Below the pieces are notes generated by a model. That model was not told where the DNA came from, searched no databases, and saw only the letters and a program-made list of their open reading frames with translations. The position numbers were made by a program, and so were the translations under genes. From an uncultured beta proteobacterium (GTDB lineage: Bacteria > Pseudomonadota > Gammaproteobacteria > Burkholderiales > Burkholderiaceae_E), in contig CAVSZG010000002.1 of assembly GCA_963732405.1 (NCBI GenBank), positions 22,059 through 86,058 on the forward strand: a stretch of 64,000 nucleotides of DNA, given 5' to 3'. Below, piece after piece: positions 57,294-64,000 of this stretch. Each line of letters opens with the position of its first letter. The stretch's first letter is position 1.

Positions 57294-59069
57294 TCAGAGT
57301 GAGAAGACGAACAGCATCGAACCCGGCTCGACCTTTTCCAGGCCCTTGGTGCCGTCCACGAACCACTTGGGCCATGCGCCGCCCAAACCGACCAGCAAGG
57401 CCACATACTGCTTGCCGTTCACGCTGTAAGTCATGGGCGGGGCATTGATCCCGGCGTTCAGATCAATGCTCCACAGTGACTCGAGCGTTTTCGCGTCCAG
57501 CGCCATCAATTCGCCCGAGGGCTCACCGGTGAACACCAGTCCGCCCGCAGTGGTCAACATACCGCCCAGCATCGGGTAGAGGGTTTCATGCTTGCCCACG
57601 ACCTTGCCGGTGGTGACATCGATCGCCGTGACACTACCGGTGATCTGTTCATGCTGCGACGGGCCGCCACCCGTGAAGAATTCCCGCTTTTTGTACGACT
57701 CGCCCGGCTTCATGGGCTCGTTGGTCATGGTGTTGCAGCTTTCGATGACCGGGATGTACCAAAGATTGGTCTGGGGATTGAAGGCCGTAGGCGGCCAGTT
57801 TTTTCCGCCCATGTTGCCAGGGCAGGACACGCCGACCGGCGTGCCGCGAGTGGGTGCGGTACCGGGCAGATAAGCCTGGACCTTGGACTTGGGATCGTAG
57901 TCGAGCGGTCGGCCGGTTTCGGGATCGAGCCCTTTTGTCCAGGTCAGTCGTTTGACGAAAGGCGTGCCCCAGACAAATTCGCCATTGGTTCGGTCAAGCG
58001 CATAGCCAAAGCCATTTCGGTCGGCATGAAGCGCCAGCTTGCGATCCTTGCCCCCGACCTTCGCATCGATCAGGACATGCTCGGCCACCGCGTCATAGTC
58101 GTAGGGATCGTTGGGCGTGTACTGGAAATGCCATTTGACCTTGCCGGTATCGGCATCCAGCGCCAGTGCGCTATTGGTGTATAGATTGTCGCCCGGGCGA
58201 TAGTCAGGATCCCAGTCCGGTCCGGGATTACCGACGCCCCAGATGATGGTATCGGTCGCAACATCATAAGAGCCGGTCACCCATGTCGATCCACCGCCGT
58301 TCTTCCAGGCGTCATGAGAATCGGCCCAGGTCTCGTGACCCGGTTCGCCGGGCCCGGGAATGGTGTGACGGCGCCAGACTTCCTTCTGGGTTTCCAGGTC
58401 GGTGGCCGCGATCCATCCGCGGATGCCGTATTCCGCTCCGGCAACACCGGTAATCGCCATGTTCTTGACGATGAGCGGGGCTGCCGTGATGACTTCCGCG
58501 ATGCCGGGGTCAGCGACCGGACGCTCCCATTCGATCTTCCCGGTTTCCTTGTTGGTGACGATCAAGCGACCGTCCAGCGTGTGCGAAACGACCTTGTCCT
58601 TCCACAACGCGATGCCGCGATTGTTCACGCCACAACAGGCCACCGCGCCCGACCAGTCTTTGTCCGTCTCCGGGTTCATCTTCCAGAGCAATTTGCCCGA
58701 TTTGCCGGTGGCATCGATCTTGTAGACCGAACCCCAGCCGTCGGTGACATACATCATGCCGTCTTCGACCAGCGGCGTGCCTTCCAGACCGCCGTGCGGC
58801 CAGATGCCACCGCCTTCGATGCCACCCAGCGCCATCGTCCAGGCCAGTCGCAGATTCTTCACATTGCCTGCGTTGATCTGGTCGAGGGTCGAGAAACGAC
58901 TCGCCGAATAATCCTTGTGATGGTTTAGCCAGTTTTGTGGCTCGCTGGCCGATTCCTGCAATCGCTTTGCCGTGACTTCAGCCATGGCTGGCGTCGAGAG
59001 AAGGGAGACCGCCATCAGTACGGCGGCCGACCCGGCGCAACGGCGCCAGGTGAATCTGGGATCATCCAC
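57294..59069 (-). CDS. PQQ-dependent dehydrogenase, methanol/ethanol family
   Basis: A signal peptide, repeated W-motif propeller blades, the vicinal Cys pair AVACCGVNNRG, and the active-site stretch TPNDPYDYDA. Confidence 0.9.
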   Translation of the reverse strand: MDDPRFTWRRCAGSAAVLMAVSLLSTPAMAEVTAKRLQESASEPQNWLNHHKDYSASRFSTLDQINAGNVKNLRLAWTMALGGIEGGGIWPHGGLEGTPLVEDGMMYVTDGWGSVYKIDATGKSGKLLWKMNPETDKDWSGAVACCGVNNRGIALWKDKVVSHTLDGRLIVTNKETGKIEWERPVADPGIAEVITAAPLIVKNMAITGVAGAEYGIRGWIAATDLETQKEVWRRHTIPGPGEPGHETWADSHDAWKNGGGSTWVTGSYDVATDTIIWGVGNPGPDWDPDYRPGDNLYTNSALALDADTGKVKWHFQYTPNDPYDYDAVAEHVLIDAKVGGKDRKLALHADRNGFGYALDRTNGEFVWGTPFVKRLTWTKGLDPETGRPLDYDPKSKVQAYLPGTAPTRGTPVGVSCPGNMGGKNWPPTAFNPQTNLWYIPVIESCNTMTNEPMKPGESYKKREFFTGGGPSQHEQITGSVTAIDVTTGKVVGKHETLYPMLGGMLTTAGGLVFTGEPSGELMALDAKTLESLWSIDLNAGINAPPMTYSVNGKQYVALLVGLGGAWPKWFVDGTKGLEKVEPGSMLFVFSL

Positions 59070-59332
59070 GTATCGTCTCCAAGTTTGGAATTATTTGAAC
59101 GCGCCTGAGCGCGCTATTCCGATTACTGCCAAGAGCTGTCGACGGGCTTGATGACGAGTACACTCAACCGCGTCGTCACGCAAATTAACAAACAACGACG
59201 CTTCTATGCAAGCAATTTTGAATGTTTGGTAAACATGGCTGCGCGGATACTTTTTGTTACGATGGCGCTGCGCCCGACCCAACGATCTGCAGTGTCCCTG
59301 TGGTGTCCTTTTGCCATTGATCGAGAGGCCTC

Positions 59333-60046
59333 ATGAACTCCCAAGCACTTACGCCTGGCCCCGCTGTGTCGACCGCCCTGTTGCTGTTGCTGTCGTGTCT
59401 GATTGGCCCAGGCGCGCTCGCCGCAGAAGATCCCGATGAGGGCGACGTTCGAAATCTGCGAATTGGCATGCATGTCGCAGACATTCGCTCCGACGACTAT
59501 CGGGCTGTCAGTTGTGCGTCGACAAATGATGCTGAATCGGCGCCGCTCGCGGCCATGGAGCAATTCAGGGAGTGCCGAGCGGATTCACGCGGGCTCCACC
59601 CGCTCCGGATGCATTACGCCCCTATCCAGCCCTGGTCACAGATCAGCAGTCGATTCAGTGGCACCAAGATTGCGGGCCATCCCGTCAATCTCTGGATCGA
59701 TGTCGATACGAATGGCCGGGTGCAGAGCATTCGAGCCGAGACCGACGAGGCTGCCAGTCGATATTTGCGCAAGAAGGCCTTTCTGCTGGGGCTCAGGGTC
59801 AAGGCCCGATATGGTCGGGAGAACTGGACCTGCGAGCGTGCCAGCCCGGACCAGAACAAGTTGCGGGTGGGCGGCATGTTCATTGACGAGGTGTGCGAAA
59901 AATCGCTCGACGGACGCAGACTGATCCTGCAGACCAACCTGTATCGAGCCCAGGGTCAGGAGGCTGATGAATTCGTCGGCTCAACGCGGCTGCAGTTTCT
60001 GGCCAAGAACGTCGCCCCGGTCGCCATCGACGAGCAGCGAAACTGA
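59333..60046 (+). CDS. hypothetical secreted protein
   Basis: Signal peptide ...LLLLLSCLIGPGALAAE. I recognise no family. Confidence 0.45.
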   Translation: MNSQALTPGPAVSTALLLLLSCLIGPGALAAEDPDEGDVRNLRIGMHVADIRSDDYRAVSCASTNDAESAPLAAMEQFRECRADSRGLHPLRMHYAPIQPWSQISSRFSGTKIAGHPVNLWIDVDTNGRVQSIRAETDEAASRYLRKKAFLLGLRVKARYGRENWTCERASPDQNKLRVGGMFIDEVCEKSLDGRRLILQTNLYRAQGQEADEFVGSTRLQFLAKNVAPVAIDEQRN

Positions 60047-60070
60047 TGACGTCTGGTCAGGCGGACGGAC

Positions 60071-61243
60071 TCAGGCAAACGCCCGCTGCAGTCGATCGAC
60101 CGCATCGTTCACGCGATGCCGCTGGGTGGCGAAATTGAAACGAAGGAATGTCTCACCGCCCGCACCGAAGCTGGGCCCCAGGTTGACCGCGATTCTGGCC
60201 GATTCCTGTACCCGCGCTGCGATAGCCGATGGCTGCAGGCCGAGTTGCGCAAAGTCGACCCAGGCCAGATAGGTTGACTCCAGTGTCATTGACCGCGCGC
60301 CCTTGATGCTCTGGATGCCCGCCTCGAAGACGCGCCGATTGTCATCCAGGTATGGCAACAAGGCCTCGAGCCAACGAACGCCTTCCGGACTGTAAGCGGC
60401 CGTCACCATCGGCATCGCAAAGGCGTTGGGTGAGATGCCCAACGCCATCATTCGCGCGGCGAAGCGGCTGCGCATGGCAGGGTCAGCGATGATGACATTG
60501 CCGATGTGCGCGCCGGCAATGTTGAAGGTTTTGGAGGCGGCCGACAGCACCACCGTCCGGTCGATTGCATCAGGCGCTGCCCTGGGCAGAATGGTGTGAT
60601 GATGACCGGCATAGACGAGGTCATGGTGAATTTCATCGGACACCAGGATCAGCTTGTTGTACCGGCAAAATGCCGCCAGGTCACGTAGCTCCTGCGCCGA
60701 CCAGACCCGACCGCCCGGATTATGCGGCGAGCACAGAATCAGGATCTTCTCTCGACCGCTCAGCTGCTGCTGCCATGCCGCCAGATCCATTTCATAGCGG
60801 CCATCGACCAGGCGTAACCGGCATTCGAGCAGTTCACGGTTGGCCGCATGGATGATCCGGGCGAAGGCATGGTAAACGGGCGTCATCAGGACCACGGCAT
60901 CACCGGGCTCGCTGAACGCATCGATGCACAGCGCCGTGCCATTGACCAGGCCGTGCGTACTGAAAATCCAGTCCGGCTCGATGCTCCACTGATGTCGCGC
61001 GTTCATCCACCAGACGATGGCATTCAGATAGTCGGCGTCATCGCCAAAGTAGCCGTAGATGCCGTGACCCGCCATGGCCTGGACTGCCCGCTGAACCGCT
61101 GGCGGAGGGCGAAAGTCCATGTCGGCGACCCACATCGGTATGCCGTCAACTGCTGACACGCCGTGGCGTGACTGCATGCAATCCCACTTCATCGAGTGCG
61201 TCCCGATGCGGTTGATTGTTTCGTCGAAATTGAATTCACTCAT
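60071..61243 (-). CDS. MalY/PatB-family PLP-dependent C-S lyase (class I/II aminotransferase fold)
   Basis: FDETINRIGTHSMKWD...GIPMWVADMDF...SPHNPGGRVW...SASKTFNIAG. Confidence 0.85.
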   Translation of the reverse strand: MSEFNFDETINRIGTHSMKWDCMQSRHGVSAVDGIPMWVADMDFRPPPAVQRAVQAMAGHGIYGYFGDDADYLNAIVWWMNARHQWSIEPDWIFSTHGLVNGTALCIDAFSEPGDAVVLMTPVYHAFARIIHAANRELLECRLRLVDGRYEMDLAAWQQQLSGREKILILCSPHNPGGRVWSAQELRDLAAFCRYNKLILVSDEIHHDLVYAGHHHTILPRAAPDAIDRTVVLSAASKTFNIAGAHIGNVIIADPAMRSRFAARMMALGISPNAFAMPMVTAAYSPEGVRWLEALLPYLDDNRRVFEAGIQSIKGARSMTLESTYLAWVDFAQLGLQPSAIAARVQESARIAVNLGPSFGAGGETFLRFNFATQRHRVNDAVDRLQRAFA

Positions 61244-62096
61244 GAGCGTCCTCGCCGGCCTGCCAGGATAACGGGTCTACGCAATAGTAACCGCGCAGAA
61301 CCTGATAGAGCTCGGGATGATCCCGATGGAGGCGTTCGGGCCGCTCGAAGAAGGTTTCAGATGCAACGGCAAAAAATTCCACGGGATCTTCAGCGCCGTA
61401 TTCATCGAACAGGGTTTCGAATCCGGCATCCAGATCGGTACGAAGCCGGGCGAATTCAGCTTCCAGTACCTGCGACCATCGATTGGCCTGACGAGCATCG
61501 ATCGGTTGAGGAGCGCCGATCGCCGCGCCAGTCCGCTGATCCAGCTGATGGGCGAATTCGTGTATCACCACGTTATAGCCGTCGCGATCATCGCGAGCAC
61601 CTTCGACCACGTCGGCCCATGAGAGGACCACCTGACTGTCCGCCCAGGACTCTCCGCTCAATACATTGGCGTGACGCGACACCACGCCCACCTCGTCCTG
61701 TTCATCCCGATCCACCAGGAATTCGTCGGGGTAAACCAGAATCTCGGTCAGCGAATCAAACAGACTGGCAGGACGATTCAATACCAGCAGACAGGCCTGG
61801 GCGGCGATCAGCAGCCGGACCCTCTCGGTGATCCTGAAGCCCTGGCATCCGACGAAATGCTTCTCACGCAGGAAGATCTGAATGCAGGCCTGCAACTGCC
61901 GCTGCAAATTCACCGGCAGACGCCGGTACAGCGGCATCTCCTGGTCCAGTATCTGTCGCCATTCGGCTGGAAACGGCGCCACGCTCTGACGCCGCCGACG
62001 CCATCGGACCAGCAGCGGCTTGCCCAGGATCCAGGCCAGGAGCGCGAGGCCGATGGCCATCAGTGCCCACAGGCCCGTCGCGTCCAAAGCCGGCAA
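61236..62096 (-). CDS. mtfA: M90-family zinc peptidase (MtfA-like)
   Basis: An N-terminal TM segment, HEFAHQLD and ...FFAVASETFFERP. Confidence 0.8.
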   Translation of the reverse strand: MPALDATGLWALMAIGLALLAWILGKPLLVRWRRRRQSVAPFPAEWRQILDQEMPLYRRLPVNLQRQLQACIQIFLREKHFVGCQGFRITERVRLLIAAQACLLVLNRPASLFDSLTEILVYPDEFLVDRDEQDEVGVVSRHANVLSGESWADSQVVLSWADVVEGARDDRDGYNVVIHEFAHQLDQRTGAAIGAPQPIDARQANRWSQVLEAEFARLRTDLDAGFETLFDEYGAEDPVEFFAVASETFFERPERLHRDHPELYQVLRGYYCVDPLSWQAGEDAHE

Positions 62097-62133
62097 TCAC
62101 CTGGCTGTGGCTGGCACGAGGTCGTGCGCCAGA

Positions 62134-64000
62134 CTACTTGCGATAAACGCGCACATGATCAACCTCCATGTGGGCCGGGAAGGCGCTGTCATCGATCCCG
62201 TTCAGTCCGGCCCACGGGCCACCCACGGCAAGGAACATCAGAATCGTCGCGGGGTTGCCGCTGCGATTGTCGTTGGTCACCCAGCGATAGTTCTCGCAGC
62301 CCGTCCTGAGCCCGTCGATGAAGTAGCAGACTGACGATTCGGTCCATTCGGCGCCCACCTCGAGCCAGCGCCCGCGCAGATTGCCGGGTGCGGTATAGAA
62401 GCCGTGATCGGTATTGAATCCAGACGCTGCCTCGGTCCAGTCGGGCCGACCTGTCCCGGTCTGCGACCCGCGGACCTGACCATGCTGGACCAGTGTGCGC
62501 TCGTTTTCACCCGGCGTACCGTTGATCGGCGCCTCGAAAATATCGATCTCCGGCGGCCATTGACCAATGCCCGAGGGCTCCAGCGACGGATTCAGGTAAA
62601 ACGCGGGCCAGATCCCCAGCACCTGCGGCAGCTTGACCCGCGTGGTGATGTAGTAGCTCGAGCCGCCCTGGGGCTTGAAGGTGAATTTGCTGCGCAACGC
62701 AGCCGCTTCAAAACGCAGGTAGGCATCAGCGCCTGTGCGGGTGGCGCGCAGACGGATCGTTCCGCCGCCCACGTCGTGAAGACGTTCACCATTGCGATTG
62801 AAATCGCGGAATCGCTGGTTTTCCGATTCATTTGCGTAGTCGAGGTATCCCTGCCCGATGAACTTCGTGCACTCATCGTCGGGAACCTGCAGGGCGGGCC
62901 CGCTGCCATAGGGTAGACGGGTACACCATTTACTCCGATCCAGTTCGCTGCCATTGAATTCGTCGGACATCACGATCTGGCTGTAACCGGCGGGTCGGAA
63001 ATCCGATGTCGCTGGAGCGGGTGCAGGCGCCGGAGCCGGCTCGGGAGCAGGTGCTGGCGGGGGCACGGGCACTGGAGCCGGCGTGGGCACGGGCACTGGA
63101 GCCGGCGTGGGCACGGGCACTGGAGCCGGCGTGGGCACGGGTACTGGAGCTGGCGCGGGCACGGGTACTGGAGCTGGCGCGGGTACTGGAGCCTCGGGCA
63201 CTGGAGCCTCGGGCACTGGAGCTGGCGGAGGCACGGGTACTGGAGCCTCGGGCACCGGTTGGGGAGCCGGCGTCGGAGCGGGCTCAGGCGCGGGCGCTGA
63301 CGAGTTCAGCGTGAGTCGCGGGTGCAGAATCGACTCGTTTCGAGCCAGCCAGGGGCTCTGCACCTGAATGCTCAGCGACTCGATGCCGGGCGGCGCAATG
63401 AAGCTTGCTGCACGCTCGGCCGGTACTTCGAGATAGCCATCGCGGAACGCGACCGAGTCGCCCGACAAGGCGACCAGATTTCGATTGCCATCGTAGGCGA
63501 ACAACAAGATGCCAGCCTGTGCTGTCGACCCGGGAACGCTCAAGGTGTAAGTCGATCCCGCTGCGAGCTGCCGGGCGAAATGATTGACCGCCACGACCTG
63601 ATTCAATCCGTTGCTGGGTGCCGGTATCAGCAATCGTCCGGCCTGAGTATCGACGAGCACGCCAGTTGGCCGGTTCTGCCAGTCGCGCCACTCACCCTCC
63701 AGCTTCAACAGGTTGCCAGCTGTATCGACATCCGGTGCAGGCGTGGGCACTGGCGATGAATCGCCGCGTGGCGAACCGGTCATGCGCAGTTGCGCAGCCA
63801 GGTTGTCGGCGGCACCGGCTTGCCAGGCACCCTGGACCTGCAGATAGAAACCGACGACTCCGGCTGGCGCCACAAAGCGTAGCGGCTCGCCATGACTCGC
63901 TTTGCCCCAGTCCGACGATTGACCGGTATCAGCATTGCGCAGCGGCAGAATCGCACCATTCTCATCGAACAGAAACAACACGGCGGCAGACTGCGCCTGA
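62134..64000 (-). CDS. GH16-like protein with N-terminal repeated beta-domains and a Pro-rich linker (5' end outside the window)
   Basis: The C-terminal domain is paralogous to 35025..37121 and includes EIDIFE. The frame stays open to the window edge (QAQSAAVLFLFDENG...). Confidence 0.75.
   Translation of the reverse strand, partial: QAQSAAVLFLFDENGAILPLRNADTGQSSDWGKASHGEPLRFVAPAGVVGFYLQVQGAWQAGAADNLAAQLRMTGSPRGDSSPVPTPAPDVDTAGNLLKLEGEWRDWQNRPTGVLVDTQAGRLLIPAPSNGLNQVVAVNHFARQLAAGSTYTLSVPGSTAQAGILLFAYDGNRNLVALSGDSVAFRDGYLEVPAERAASFIAPPGIESLSIQVQSPWLARNESILHPRLTLNSSAPAPEPAPTPAPQPVPEAPVPVPPPAPVPEAPVPEAPVPAPAPVPVPAPAPVPVPTPAPVPVPTPAPVPVPTPAPVPVPPPAPAPEPAPAPAPAPATSDFRPAGYSQIVMSDEFNGSELDRSKWCTRLPYGSGPALQVPDDECTKFIGQGYLDYANESENQRFRDFNRNGERLHDVGGGTIRLRATRTGADAYLRFEAAALRSKFTFKPQGGSSYYITTRVKLPQVLGIWPAFYLNPSLEPSGIGQWPPEIDIFEAPINGTPGENERTLVQHGQVRGSQTGTGRPDWTEAASGFNTDHGFYTAPGNLRGRWLEVGAEWTESSVCYFIDGLRTGCENYRWVTNDNRSGNPATILMFLAVGGPWAGLNGIDDSAFPAHMEVDHVRVYRK
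63061..63180. repeat. 24-bp tandem repeat, 5 copies (3 identical + 2 identical variants), in frame
   Basis: gggcacgggcactggagccggcgt x3, then gggcacgggtactggagctggcgc x2. It encodes PAPVPVPT-type repeats on the minus strand. Degenerate 15-nt repeats continue to about 63260. Confidence 0.9.

Noticed and set aside
59070-59332. I searched the divergent intergenic region upstream of the PQQ dehydrogenase for a sigma-54 (TGGCAC-N5-TTGC) promoter.
   Set aside because: I found no convincing match on either strand by eye.
63006-63300. A regularly spaced repeat array that could be mistaken for a CRISPR or minisatellite locus.
   Set aside because: The units are contiguous with no spacers, are 24 nt and 15 nt long, and lie in frame within a long ORF encoding a Pro-rich linker.

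Overview
High-GC (about two-thirds G+C by eye) proteobacterial chromosomal segment. Ordinary core genes fill 1-5.5 kb and 22.1-64 kb: an M28 aminopeptidase, a PLD-family enzyme, pirin, two TRAP transporters, an RND efflux pair, an acyl-CoA synthetase, a PAS-GGDEF-EAL protein, PPK2, a patatin-like lipase, a PQQ alcohol dehydrogenase cluster, GH16 paralogues, MalY/PatB and MtfA. Between them lies a visibly lower-GC mosaic accessory island of about 16.5 kb (about 5.6-22.1 kb). The island holds one intact DUF3701-type tyrosine integrase and two integrase relics. It also holds three toxin-antitoxin modules whose antitoxins look intact while every toxin is broken, a frameshifted GmrSD-like (DUF262/DUF1524) type IV restriction gene, and an IS3-family relic. 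The most interesting locus is a roughly 1270-codon gene for an N-terminal Mrr-like nuclease, a P-loop (STAND-like) NTPase and a large helical-repeat region, an Avs-like antiphage candidate. It is cleanly split by a 3442-bp IS21-family element with a 6-bp target duplication, and the reading frame can be reconstructed exactly. That IS is unusually long and carries two extra translationally coupled ORFs. Several core genes also carry single-nucleotide frameshifts (aminopeptidase, YidB-like, RND adaptor). Assembly indel error therefore has to be separated from real pseudogenisation. All calls come from reading the supplied translations and the DNA; no database search was run.
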